Assembly: GCA_965287045.1 (NCBI GenBank)
Contig: OZ336877.1
Span: 105,028,001-105,092,000 of the forward strand
Direction of reading: 5' to 3'
Source of the DNA: Carcharhinus amblyrhynchos
Taxonomy: Eukaryota
DNA: 64,000 nt
In this document: piece after piece, positions 50,052-63,005 of the stretch
Layout of the letters: each line of letters starts with the position of its first letter
Position numbering within the stretch: position 1 is the first letter of the stretch
Program-made: the position numbers and the translations under genes
Notes under the pieces: generated by a model
Told to the model about the DNA's origin: nothing
The model's database searches: none
The model's input: the letters and a program-made list of their open reading frames with translations, nothing else

Positions 50052-50148
50052 AAGAGAAAATGCTAGAAAATCTCAGCAGGACTGGAAGCGTCTGTCAGGA
50101 GAGAAAAGAGTTGACGTTTCGAGTCCAGATGACCCTTTATCAAAGCTC
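50052..50148 (-). mobile_element. Penelope-type repeat arm carrying a minimal hammerhead-like motif
   Basis: Single arm of the 23281 family; minus strand reads gagctttgataaagggtcatctggactcgaaacgtcaactc. Confidence 0.72.
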
Positions 50149-50469
50149 ACTGGTTGCTGAATAATCTGAATTACAACCAAGCGCCTCCTCCCGCTTGCTT
50201 TCGGAATGACAATCATGAAAACACTGGAGCCGGGACTTCGCGGCTCCTCCGTGGTAGGCCCCGCTGCGGGAGACGTGGCGGGCAGGGCTGGAAGATCCCA
50301 CTGTGGGAGAGAGACAGCTGCCTGTCATTTCAGCCAGAAATGAGGGTGAAAGGTTTAAATTGCTGCCTCAGATTTTTCCTCAAGTGAAGCAATTCTAGTC
50401 ATGGTACCCGTACTGCCACCGCCACCACACCCATCTCCCCCACCCTTCCACTCAACAATCCCATCCTCT

Positions 50470-51130
50470 GTAAATTCCTTATTTGAGGAAGGATGTGGTG
50501 GCATTGGAGGCAGTCCAGGCAAGGATCACTAGATTGATTTTGGGGAAGAAAGGGTTAATGTATGAGGATTAAATACTTTGGGCTGAATATTACAGCCTCG
50601 CTCAGGAGAGATCAGAAATTCCCGCCCGAGGTACACAAAGATTTCCGTGGACCCTCGCCCACTCCGATTACGGGCGGTCGAGTTCTGGCAATTGGGTTTA
50701 TACTCACTATAGTTCAGAAAGATGAGGGGGAATCACATCAAGGTATTTCAAATTTTAAAAGGGATTGATAAAGTAAGTGTAGGCCAAATGTTTCCTCTCG
50801 TGGGGCAATCTAGAACAAGAGCTCTCAGGTATAGGTTGAGAGGCGGTAGATTTAAAACTGAGATGAGAAGGAACCACTTCTCGCAGAGGGTGGTGAATTT
50901 GTGGAACTCGCTGCCCCGTTGTGTAGTGCAGCCTGAATCATTAAATGATTTCAAGAAGGAAATAGGTATATTTCTAATAAAAAAAAATGGATAAGTGGAT
51001 ATGGGGAAGAGGTGGGGAGTTGGATCTGAGTCCAGGGAAAAATCAGCCATGATCGGATTGAATGGTGGAGCCGTCTCGAAGGTTTGAATTTGTCTGCTTC
51101 TGTTCCTAATTCTTATGTTCCTACGTATGT
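50470..51130 (+). mobile_element. CR1 3' fragment with a MITE inserted at ~50580-50690
   Basis: PYLRKDVVALE...YED.LN[insert]LGLYSL...RVVNLWNSLP and the tail ttcttatgttcctacg. Confidence 0.88.
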
Positions 51131-53499
51131 CTTACATTTGGAGTAGCCACATAAACCCAATATCCAAGTGTATAAGGGCATTACCTCGGGATGGAACAAT
51201 AATCATGCACTGGATATTTGTGTCTTTCACATGTGCCCATTCTTAAACCTTTTAGGGGTGAACTGCGAAAACAAAATAATAAACACTCCATCCTCCCTCA
51301 TATCAGTCGTTTATCAAACGCACCTAAATTCTCTTGCAATTTTTCTATTTCAAGTCTCACTAACTTCATAGTCTTTGCTGGAATTAACTGACTGTCCATG
51401 TCTGTTCTTATCTCTCCTAGTGAAACTGAAAGACCCAATTTTTAGCCAAAATCTAGTGGACGCTTGGGATGAGATTCCTCGTACAGTGAGGCAAGAGCAT
51501 TTATTTGATAATTAAATCAGAAAACAAAACACTTATTGTTTACAATCCTGTCGGAAAGCCATTTTCATTAGCAAGAGTTCTTCAGATTGTGCTAATGCTT
51601 TCCTTTACAAATCCAATATTTAGAAGACAAACACTTGGCTGTGGAGAGAGCGACAAAACAAATCCAGAATAATGACGTGAGTTCTGCTGTAAAGCTGTGG
51701 GAGGTGGTGCGTCAATGAAGCAAATGAAAGATAAAAATGGCCAATATTGCAGAGCAGGGTCCTGTTGTGGGGCAAGAGCTTCAGCTCAAGACTTCCACTC
51801 ATCAGCAGTAATTTTACCCGTGCCAAACTTAAAACAAAAGGGCTTGGGTTACGGTCTGCTTGCATAGCTGAATCCTGACAAATGCATCAATTTGCCAATA
51901 AATATAACGCTTAGATGGGGCACTCTGAACTGCAAATGAAATTGGCCAGTTGGCTTTGCAGCATAGCCAAAATCATTCATTTCACAGCTGTCTCAAGGTG
52001 GAATTGGCAGTCAATTAGCTCCGCTCAGTGCTTTAGGCATTGCAAACTGGATTCTTTGGGCATGGGAAAGCAATTGGATCAAACTTTTACAAATAGACAG
52101 CATAAAAATGGAACAGGGGTTCTGTAAAATGGGGGCAGCAAAAGAGACTTGGCTTGCTGGCTGAACCCTGAATATTTTTGCAGGATATTTACAGATTCAA
52201 CACTGCATCAAGAGCCTTGAAGACGTGTGGCAGTGACCCATTGCTAAAGTAGTCCTTTTGAGGAAATTAAGGGCGTGATCTTACCAGCCATTCATGCCAC
52301 ACTCCCACTGCAGCGAGGTCAGAGAATTTGGCGCCCAGTCAAATCTCTGTGCACTGCAGCGGGATGGGAAAATCCCGCAGTGTGAACATTCCATCCTAAA
52401 GATTTTTCTATCCACTTAATTCGTCTGTTATCTCAATTAATATGGTTCAGGATTATCAGGATGTGGTAACAATCAGCTTTATCCACCAGGATGGCCATAT
52501 TTTATCACCAACAACCATTTACCAATAACTCAACCCTCGCCAATGCACGGCATCATAAAATGGTTACTGTGTGGAGGGAAGTCATCCAAGCCAGCTCTCT
52601 GCAAGAGAATTCCTGTTCCATGAGCTACTCCCAGGGCAATTTTCCCTCTTCTGATTGTTTTCAGAGCTCTGGCTGTACCTGCCTCCACTGATGAGTGGTT
52701 GGGATCTGGACGGGACCATCTGAGAGAGGGGTGGAGACAGACTCAATCATGTTCTTTGACACAGGGAAATGAATGAGCAACTGAAGAGATAAAATGTGCA
52801 GAGCTGCACAGAAAAGGGTAAGGGATTAGGAAATGGGAGTGGTTAAGTTGCTCTTGCAAAGACAGCTGATGTGAACGTAGCAGGCCAATTTCTTATAACA
52901 CAGAAGGAAGGGCAATTCATGATTCTATCAACTGCTGCTCAAACAGTTTGAATGGTCGCTTACTTCATTAGCAGTTGTGGGGCCCTACTGTGCACAAATT
53001 TCTCACCATGTCTCCCTGCATTAAACAGTGAGTGCAGTTCAGAAACTACTCCATTGGACCTGAAGCGTATTTTGACATCTTGAAGTTGTGAAAGGGGCTT
53101 GATAGATACAGGCTTTCTCTTTCTTTCTTCCACTGGGCCTCTGTTGGAAAGCAAGTGCGAGCTGATATTGTGTGAGGCAGTCAATTAGTCTGCTAACATT
53201 GTCCATTTTGGCTCGTGCATGGAGCTTGGATGGTTAATCATGGTGCTAGGGGATCACCAGTCTACAAAACTGACATCGAGCAGGCAATGTGGAAAATTGC
53301 CCAAATATGTCCGGTCCACAAAAAGCAGGAGAAATCCAATCTGGCCAATTACTGCTCCATAATCAGTAAAAGTAATGGAAGGGGTCATCAACAGTATTAT
53401 CAAGCTGCACTGATGCTCATTTTGGGGTCCTCTAAGATCCCTCAGGGCCACTGAGCTCCTAACCTCATTACAGCCTTGGTCCAAACATGGGCAAAATCA

Positions 53500-55252
53500 G
53501 GAGAAAGAAATTAATGTATGAGAGGAGCATGGCTAGGAATGAAATAAACAGACAGCAAGAGTTTCTACGAGCATTTAAGTGGAAAGAGAGTAAGCAAAGT
53601 GAGAGTCAATCCTCTGGAAAGTGAGAATAGGAAGTTAATAGTAGATAATAAGGGACTGGTAGAAGAAATGAACAAATATTTTGCTTCTGTTTTTCTCAGC
53701 GAGGGTACAAAAAACATTCTTATAAGAACCATAATTCTAGAGGTTCAGGAGGGAGAGAGGAAGTTGTCAAAATTATAATCACTGGGGAAACATTGAACAA
53801 ACTGGTTGAGCTGCAGGTTGGAAAGTCTCCAGATACTGGTGGACTTTACCCTAGAGTTTTAAAAAAAATGGCTAAGGAAGTGGTAGATGCATTGGTGTTA
53901 ATTTTCCTCAATTCACTAGATTCTGGAAAGGTTCCATCAGACTGGAAAGTAGCAAATGTGACCCCTCTATTCATGAAGGGAGGGAGGCAGAAAACAGGAA
54001 ACTATAGGCCCATTAGCTTGACACCTATTGTAGGGAAGATACGAGAATCAATCTTTAAGAAGATTACAGCTAGGCACTTAAAAAACTCAATGTAATCAGC
54101 ATGGATCGTGAAAGGAAAACCATATTTAACCAATTTATTAGAGTTTTTTGATGGAATAACATGCACAGTGGATAAAGGGAAGCCTGTGGATGTGCTGTAT
54201 TTGGATTTCCAGAAGGCATTTGGTAAGGTGTCACATCAAAGGTTATTGTGAAAAGTAAAAACTCATGGTGTAGGGGGAAACATTATCATGGACAGAAGGT
54301 TGGCTGGCTGGCAGACACGTGAGTAAGCACAAATGGATCTTTTACTGAATGACAAAAATGTGACAAGTGAAGTACTGTACAGCACTGTGCAGGACCTCAA
54401 ACATTTTACAACTTATATCAATGACACCAACGAGGGGAGTAAAGGCACGGTAGCTAACTTTACATCTAACATAAAGGAAGGTAGGAAAGCATGCTGTGAA
54501 AAGGACATAAGGAAGATGCAGATGAGTACAGATAGGTTGAGTGAAGGGGCAAAAACCAGACAGATGTGCTAGAATTTTACCACCCCACCCACCACAGAAT
54601 TGGAGCGGGTGAGGGGAGGACAATGGGAAGATCTGTTGACCACGGGCAGGATTTTATGGTTACGTGATCAGCAAGGCCATTAAACCTGCCCATGGAGTAA
54701 AATGCGGCTAAGTGTGGAGTTGTTCGCTTTAGCAGGAGGAATAAAAAGACAGATTAATACTTAAATGGAGAAAACTGCAGAATGCAGAGATGTAGTTGGA
54801 TTTAGGAGTTCTCCTGTAAGAGTCACAATATGTTAGTATGCAGATAAGGCATGTAATCAAGAAGGCTAGTGGAATGTTATCCTTTATTATAACAGGAGTT
54901 GAGTATAAAAGTAAGAATGTTATGCCTCAGGTTATTAAGGACATTGATGAAATCACATCTCAAATAGTGCGTGCAGTTTTGGTCTCCTTATTCAAGGAAG
55001 GATATAAATGAACTGGAGGTGGTTCGGAGAAGGTTTACTAGATTGATACCTGGAATGAGCAGATTATCTTAGGAGGAGAGGTTGGAAAGGCTGGACTTGT
55101 TTCCATTAGAGTTCAGAAGAGTGAGCGTGACTTGACTGAATGGTACTGACAGGGTGGATGTTGAAAGGCTGTTCCCTGTCATGGGTGAATCCAAAATTAA
55201 AGATCACCATTTTAAGACAGAGATGAGGAGAAATATTTTCTCTCAGAAGGTT
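53500..55252 (+). mobile_element. CR1 ORF2 fragment with a MITE inserted at ~54570-54690
   Basis: KSPDTGGLYPRVLK...WKVANVTPLF.KGGRQKTGNYRPISLT...YLDFQKAFGKV. Confidence 0.92.
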
Positions 55253-55254
55253 AA

Positions 55255-55680
55255 ATCAGCCTGCTTAAGTGGCACCCCAGCACCACTTTAATCATTCACT
55301 GGCACATGGTGGCAAAATGTTTACCATCTACAAGATGCACTGCAGAAACTCACCAAAATTCTTTCGTAGACACAATGGGTCAAATGGTCTCCTTCGGCAC
55401 TACAATAGCTCTGTGATAGCACCCTCCAAAGCCCAAGGGCAGCAGATACATGAGAATATCACATCTGCAAGTTCCTCTACAAGCCACACACCATCCTGCT
55501 TTGGAAGTATATTCCCATTCCTTGATGTTGCTGGGTTAAAATCATGGAATTCCTTCCCTAACAGCACCATCTGTGTCCCAACACCACATGGGGTACAGCG
55601 GCTCAAAAAGATAGGTCACCACCACCTTCTCCGTGACAAGAGAGGGATGGGCAACAAATGCTGGCCTTCTCAGCAATCTT
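55255..55680 (+). mobile_element. 3' end of the second LINE family
   Basis: accatctacaagatgcactgcag...gggatgggcaacaaatgctggcc, matching 62420-62750. Confidence 0.75.
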
Positions 55681-56344
55681 AGCATGGTGCAACAGAATTA
55701 AAGAAGTACTCTCACCTTGTTGAGATGGGAAAATTGGGCAGAGATTTGAAAGATGGAATGGGAAATTGAAGTCATCAACAATGAGATCAGCTATCAAATA
55801 GAAATGCTTTCTGTCAACAGGATTGAAGATGTTTTACTGGAAATGTACAGCTAATCAGTTAATATTGGAGAAGGAATAGCAGCTTATTGATTTTTGATGC
55901 TCCAATTGCTCGTTTCAGAGAGCAGATGGAGAGAAGATTACAAATCTATACTCCCTGTTGCACATTTCTGCCACTGGGTGTGTAGAATTACTTCTTGTAT
56001 GTAACCTGAATATGTTTGATGGGCAAGTCATGTGTGTATAACCCACTGCCCTACTTAAGGGTTAGTTCATCCAAGCCTGCTGCATTGCAGACAAGACAAC
56101 TTCCATTTCAACGCCACTCTTGAGGATTGCAATTTCAATTCGACTTAGACAGTCTTTATTAGATTCAGGCATTCAATGAGGCGACAAAATGACCTTCAGG
56201 GCTAGTTTTTAGCCAATCGAAGCTGAACATTATCAATCCAAATTCTATCTCTCAGGGGAGAACGGGGTCACCAGCAGTGCAAAAGGCAGCAGCTCAAAGA
56301 TTTTTAAAACGTAAAAGGTCACACAACTGATGCTTGAGGAAGGG

Positions 56345-57280
56345 GATGATAACATAACGATAATGTTACTGGATGATTAATCTAGTAGTCGGGACTATAG
56401 GCTCGAGTTTTACCGCCCCTCCTGCCATGGGAATTGGAGCGGGCAAAGGGCAGACACTGGGAAGGTCCATTGACCTCAGGCAGGATTTTACAGTTTTTGG
56501 ATGAGCGAGGCCATGAAGTCCTTCTCATAGTCCAGAAACAGAAGTTCAAATCCTACTACAGCAGTTGGGAAAATTTACATTTTGATAATTAATTTTTTAA
56601 AATAAAATAAATTAATCTGAAATAGAATGCCAGTCTTGTTAATATTGATCATGAAACTGCTGAAATCCCACTAAAAAAAAACTGTCTGATACACTAAGGT
56701 AATCTCCAATACCTGGTCAGCCTTCACGTGACAGCTGCATGGTGGCATAGTGGTTAGCACTGCTGCCTCTCCGCGCCAGAGACTCAGGTTCGATTCCCAG
56801 CTTGGGTCACTGTGTGAAGTCAGCACGTTCTCCCCATGTCTGCATGGTTTCCCTCCCACAGTCCGAAAGATGTGCTGATTAGGTGCATTGGCAATGCTAA
56901 ATTCTCCCTCAGTATGTCCAAAAAGCACAGAAGTGTAGCGACTAGTGGTTTTTCATAATAACTTAATTGCAATAAACTTAATTGTAAGCCTACTTGTGAC
57001 AATAATAAATAAACATTAAACTTTCTCAAGGTGTATAGTTTAGGGGAACAGGTGGGTAAATATGTGGAGTTAAAGGGATAGGGTGGGTAAAATGGTCAGA
57101 GAGTTAGTGCAGACCTGATGGGATTCTATGATTCTATGTCTATATAGATCCACATGGTGTGGTTGACTCTTAACTGCCCTCTGAGTTGACCCAAATGACG
57201 CAGTTAGAGGCAACTCATCACTACCTGCTCAAATAAATGCTTGCTGACCAGAAGTTTCATATCCTAAGATGAATTTTGAA
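56345..57280 (+). mobile_element. Second-family SINE interrupted by a MITE (56400-56525), an alternative-tail V-SINE (56735-57023) and an HE1 tail piece (57030-57137)
   Basis: The host sequence resumes colinearly after each insert when compared with 58460-58805. Confidence 0.68.
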
Positions 57281-57406
57281 AATGCATAGCGTATACGTTA
57301 GTTAACAATAAAAATTAGTTCAAATAATAAAGATAGACAAGGGAATGAAAGAATTGTGTGGGAAGGATAAGAAGAAATCAAGGCCTGGAAAGTTTCAGAT
57401 GGTAAT

Positions 57407-57582
57407 CACGATGTGGAGATTCCAGCATTGGACTGGGGTGGGCACGGTAAGAAGTCCCACAACACCAGGTTAAAGGCCAACAGGTTTATTTGGAATCACA
57501 AGCTTTTGGAGCACTGCTCCTTCATCAAGCGATCACTCAAATTAACCTGCGGGTCTTTAACCTGGTGAGGGACATCTTACTG
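57407..57582. mobile_element. Second Penelope-type repeat family with a partial inverted arm
   Basis: gtaagaagtcccacaacaccaggttaaaggccaacaggtttattt ... ttaacctgcgggtctttaacctggtgagggacatcttac. Confidence 0.62.
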
Positions 57583-57884
57583 GAAAGTTGTACATTATCT
57601 TGGATGCAGTCTGAGCAATGGCAACAACAATGGTGTCTCAATGGATGGGCAAGGGGACCATGTGATCTCCTACATCATTAGAAAGCAATTGTGGTCCTTG
57701 TTCTTAACTGTGTTTCTTCCCAAACTGTCAGCGATCATTTTAAGGTTAGATCACTGTGGAAGCAAAAGAAAACAGCTCGAGGTTCTCTTGCACAAGCTCC
57801 GAAGAGTTTCTGTCCAACGTGGTGGAAGACTTCAGGCACAAGAACCTTCATTATGAAATAAAATACAGTTTAAAGTTTTTAAGG

Positions 57885-58142
57885 TTTGTAATTATTGTCA
57901 CAAGTAGGCTTACATTTACACTGCGATGAAGTTACTGTGAAAATCCCCTAGTCTCCACAGTCCAGGGCACACAGAGAGAATTTATCATGGCCAATGCACC
58001 TAAGCAGCATATCCTTCGGACTCTGGGAAGAAACCGGAGCACCCAGGGGAAACCCGTGCAGTCATGGGGAGAATGTGCAGACACCGCACAGACAGCGATC
58101 CAAGCCGAGGATCAAACATATGAAGCAGCAGTGCCACCGTTT
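57885..58142 (-). mobile_element. Alternative-tail V-SINE
   Basis: Reverse tail gtcacaagtaggcttacatttacactgcgatgaagttactgtgaaaatcccctag. Confidence 0.82.
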
Positions 58143-58459
58143 AGGCAGCTGAGAGGGAGACAGGAATGCAGCAAAGTTCAACCTGTTGATGGTCCTGTCA
58201 CTGCCATATATCAAGGATAAGATTCCACCACTATAGTGGACAATTAGCCCCATTTCTTTGCCTGGAAAATGGCAGTGAGCAATTTCAACTTCCAGTCTCA
58301 AACTTCCAATACTTGGTGCTTCTGTTCAGATTTGTATACTTAATACTGAGGTGAAAAAAATTGTGACACAGGAGTGGTTTCACGTTATGTTACATGATAC
58401 CATGATACATTCTTTGGTTATCATGCCCAGAATTACAGTCATATTTGTTTCATTGCATT

Positions 58460-58805
58460 AGGAGAGGCAATAGCCTAGTGGTATTATTGTTAGATTATTA
58501 ACCCAGAAACTCAGCTATTGTGCCAGGGACGCAGGTTCGAATCCTGCCACCGCTGTTGGTGGAATTTGAATTCAATAAAAGAAAATTTGGAATTAAGAAT
58601 CATGAAACCATTGTTGATTGCTGGAAAAACCCATCTGGTTCACGAATGCCCTTTCAGGAAGGAAATCTGCTGTCCTCACTTGGTCTGGCCTACACGTGAC
58701 TCCAGCAAAGCAATGTGGTTGGCTCTCAACTAACCTCCAGCAACTAGGGTGGGCAACAAATGTTAGCCAGCCAGCGACCCCCAATGTCCCATGAGTGAAT
58801 GATAA
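58460..58805 (+). mobile_element. Second tRNA-derived SINE family, near full length
   Basis: A-box-like tagcctagtggta, B-box aggttcgaatcc, and tail gggtgggcaacaaatgttagccagccagcgac..gtcccatgagtgaatga. Confidence 0.78.
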
Positions 58806-59954
58806 ATAACCTGAAAATCTTTACATGCTGTTATCTCTTAAATAAGAGAAAAATCTGCAGTTCCTGATAATCAGAAATAAAAACATGAAATTCTCTGTAT
58901 TTTTGGATTGTGTATGCTTGGTGATCTTAATTTATTGCTTTTGTTTGTTTTGGGCATAGCCTAGCAAGCATCTTAGCTATCTTGTTTCTATTCCTGATAT
59001 GTCAATGTTTTAGTTGGAGCTCCTATCTTCTCAGGAATGGTCAATGCTGAATGTGTACCATGTATATTTGATACATTTTTGCAGCACAAAATGTACATTA
59101 AAAAATAAAGGAGGATGCCAGCATTAGAAGTCGCAGGCTGGCTCAGCTGCCTTGGAGCACGAAAGATGTAATCCAAGACCAGAGCACATAAACTGGCTGA
59201 CACTCCAGTGCCATATTGTCAAATGCAATGCGCTTTGAGACAGATATCAAACGAAAACCATGTTCTGCTGATTTAGGTGGAAGTGAAAGGCCCTCTGGCA
59301 CTCGCTAAAGAACAGAAACTCTCCCACAAGCAATATTAATAAAAAATGGACAGTCATGATTCATCTGATTGCCGTTAAATCCTGCAGCAAGCAAAATCAG
59401 TTCCATCTTTGCCAACGTAAGAACAGTTGTTGCACGACTGCAAAATTGTTCACCACGTGTGAAATTCTGCGAGTGAGTCCTGATGAAGCATTCTGAGGAT
59501 GCAAGCCTTTCTTTTAAAGGAACATGGAACATGGAACTTGCATTCGCATAGTGCCTCTCAAGACCTCAGGGTAGCCAAAGCACATCACTGCCAATGACCA
59601 GGATTTTCCAGCTGCTCGTATTGGCGGGATCTTCCAGTCTCACCAATGGCACACCCTTGCCAGGGGTTGCCCAGCAACAAGGGGGCCGTTCAATGGGAAG
59701 ACAACAGAGCCAGAAGAATACCCGTCACCAGCCGATGGCGGGAATCTCCGACACACAGGGGGATACATGGAAAATCCCACCCAATGAACGATTTGATGTT
59801 GGAGTGTGGGAAGCATGGCAGACAATTTGCACAACAGGAAGGAAATAAATGACGAGGTCACCTGCATTCAGCGCTGGCTGAGGGAGAAATGTTTGAAGAC
59901 ACTTGCTCTTCTCCAAATAATGCCTTGGGAACTTTGCATTTACTGAAGTCAGAA

Positions 59955-60527
59955 GACACTACTGTTAAGAAAGCCCACCAACACCTCTACTTTCTCAGGA
60001 GGCTAAGGGAATTTGGCATGTCCACTACAACTCTCACCAATTTTTACAGATTCACCATAGAAAGCATCCTTTCTGAATGTACCACAGCTTGGTATGGCTC
60101 CTGCTCTGTCCAAGGCTGCAACAGTCTACAAAGGGTTGTGAACAATGCCCAATCCATCATGCAAACCAGCCTCCCATCCAATGACTCCATCTACACTTCC
60201 CACTGCCTCGGAAAAACAGCCAGCATAATCAAGGACCCCATGCACCCTGGTCATATTCCCTTCCACCTTCTTCCATCAGGAAAAATATACAAAAGTCTGA
60301 GGTCACGTACCAACTGACTCAAGAACAGCTTCTACTCTGCTGCCATCAGACTTTTGAATGACCTACCTTATATTAAGCTGATCTTTCTCTACACCCTAGC
60401 TATGACTGTAACACTACATTCTGCACCCTTTCCCTTCCTAAATGGTATGCTTCATCTGTGTAGCATGCAAGAAACAATACTTTTCACTGTAAACTAATAC
60501 GTGACAATAATAAAGCAAATCAAATCA
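59955..60527 (+). mobile_element. Rex1/Babar-like LINE 3' fragment
   Basis: KKAHQHLYFLRRLREFGMSTTTLTNFYRFTIESILSECTTAWYG and the tail aataataaagcaaatcaaatc. Confidence 0.83.
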
Positions 60528-60584
60528 CGTTTTAACATCTCATTGGCATGTCGAACAAGTCAGCAATCCTTCAGTACACAGAAT

Positions 60585-60870
60585 CATTATGGTGAAGGAG
60601 GAGGCCATTTGGCCCATTGAGTCTATGCCAACTCTCTTGGACAGAGTACCTAACCCTAACCCTTTCCCCACCCCATTCCTGTAACCCCACATGTTTACCG
60701 TAGCTAATTGATCTAACCTACACATCTTGGGATACTAAGGGGCAATTTAACATGGCCAATGCACCTAACCTGCACATCTTTGGTCAATGGAAGGAAGCTG
60801 CAGCACCCAGGAGAAACCCATACAGACACTGGGAGTACAAGCAGACTCCGCACAGTCACCCAGGGCTGCA
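60585..60870 (-). mobile_element. HE1 V-SINE
   Basis: Reverse CR1-type tail and V-domain. Confidence 0.78.
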
Positions 60871-61111
60871 CTGAAGTACTAGTCTAGATTTTATATGCTC
60901 AAGCTCTTCAGTGGGACATGAAAGTACAACCTATTGAGCAAAGGCTGCAACTGTAAATAAACTACAACTATCTTCTCAGATTTCAGCATTCTAACTGCCT
61001 TCATGATATCGAGTCTCTTTAGTATAAAAAATGTTAAAGTTAAAATACCTAGATGCATATCTACCAAATAACATGCACACATAGTGCATATGTTAAAAAT
61101 AAACCACTTAC

Positions 61112-61214
61112 CTTATTTCTTGTCTGAGTTTGTCCTATCAGGATGAGAGCATTTGATGAAATGATTGACAGGCAGAAGTTTATTAAAATTACCGACCGTT
61201 CTGACCGAATGTAC
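61112..61214 (-). CDS. ADGRB1: ADGRB1/BAI1 coding exon (ICL1-TM2), 103 bp
   Basis: ttgcag|G TAC ATT CGG...AAT AAG|gtaagt translates to (R)[45 protein letters not shown] and TRNK match BAI1 rather than BAI3 as I recall them. Not in the ORF track. Confidence 0.97.
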
Positions 61215-61696
61215 CTGCAATGTACATTAGAAACAAAAGTTACAATCTATGATTTTATCTTGTTAATTGTATAAGTTCATGTTAAGTATCTTCAGGTGGG
61301 GAAAAGTAGACACTTACTGATTGTACATATATAAAGGGACACTTTTGTTAGAACTGATTATTTACTCCTATTCCACATCTGGATGCCCCGAGAGAGACAT
61401 GCAGAGTATGGCCGGAATCTTATCACCATTCACACTGGTGGGATTTTCCCATCCTGCTGCAGTGAACAGAGATTTGATCAGCCGCCAAATTCTCCGACCT
61501 CACTGCAGCGAGAGCATGGCATGAATGGCAGGTAAGATTGTGCCCTTTGTCCTTTTTTTGTTACAGTGTCCCTTTAAGGGACTGTTAACTTGCTCATTAG
61601 TTTTCAAAGCTAAATATAGCCGATGCCAGGAATCTGAACTATAAACCAAAAAAACATTTGGAAAATCTCAGCAGGTCTGGCAACACGAGTGTTTGA

Positions 61697-62755
61697 GAGT
61701 GTTTGCAATGATTGCACAATGTTTGGCACTATTTGCAATTCCTTAGGTACTGAAGCAGTCTATGTTCAAATGCAGCAATATCCAGGGTTGGGCTGACAAG
61801 TGGCAAGTAACATTCATGCCACACAAATGCCAGGCAATGATCATCATCAAAAGAGATAATCTAACCACCGCCCCTTGACATTCAATGGCATTACCTTCAC
61901 TGGATTTCCTCCAGGTGCTCTGGTTTCCTGCCACATTCCAAAGATGTGCAAATTAGATGGACTGACCATGCTAAATTGATCCTAGTGTAGCGGGGACTAG
62001 CTGCGTAACTGTTTCGGGTTACAAAATTAGGGCCTAGGTGAGATTGTGGTCAGTACAGACTTGATGGGCTGAATGGCCTCCTTCTCTACTGTAGAGATTC
62101 TGTGATTCTCTCACTGTCAACATCCTTGGAGCTACCATTGACCACAAACTCAGCTGGACTCACCACATAAACACAGTGGCAACAAGAGCATGTCAGAAGC
62201 TAGGAATGCTGCTGCGAGTAACTCATCTCCTGACTCCCCAAAGCCTTTCTACCATCTACAAGGCACAAGCCAGGAGTGTGATGGAATAGTCCTCACTTGC
62301 CTGGATAGGTGCAGCTCCAACAACACTTCAGCAGCTTAACACCATCCAGGACAAAGCTGCCCAGTTGACTGGCACCACATCCACAAACATCCACTCCCTC
62401 TACCAATAGCAGCCGTGTGTACTATCTACAAGATGCACTGCAGTAGCTCACCAAAGATCCGCAGATAGCACTTTCCAAACATATGACCACTTCTACCTCA
62501 AAGGATAAGGACAACAGTTAAATGGGATCACCATCACCTGCAATTTCCCCTCCAAGCCAATCACCTCCTGATTTGGAAATATATTTGTTCACAATTGCTG
62601 AGTCAAAATCCTGGAATTCCTTTCCTAACCCACAGGACATGGACTGCAGTGATTCAAGAAGGCAGCTCACCATGACCTTCTCAAGGGTAACTAGGGATGG
62701 GTAATAAATGCTGGCCAGCCAGCAACACCATTGTCCCATAAATGAATGAAAAGAA
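61697..62755 (+). mobile_element. Second LINE family 3' fragment, interrupted by a 5'-truncated HE1 (61903-62110)
   Basis: VFAMIAQ/FADD-like remnant, LSTIYKAQARSVME, and the 3' end gggatgggtaataaatgctggccagccagcaac..tcccataaatgaatgaaaa. Confidence 0.82.
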
Positions 62756-63005
62756 AGTCCAGTATGACTTATCTTGGGGACACCTGGTTCCAAAGAGGAC
62801 CGTACTGGACTTGAAACGTTAACTCAGGCTGTGATTTTCCAGTCGGATCCTCGCGGGCAACGATCAACCAAAGGACTAAAAAATCCCAATCCCTGTTTCT
62901 GTCTCCACAGATGCTGTAGGGCCTGCTGAGGTCTTCCAACATTTTCTAACTTTTATCATTATTAGTTTATTTTTAATCAATTTACTCGAGAGAGTATAAA
63001 ATCAT

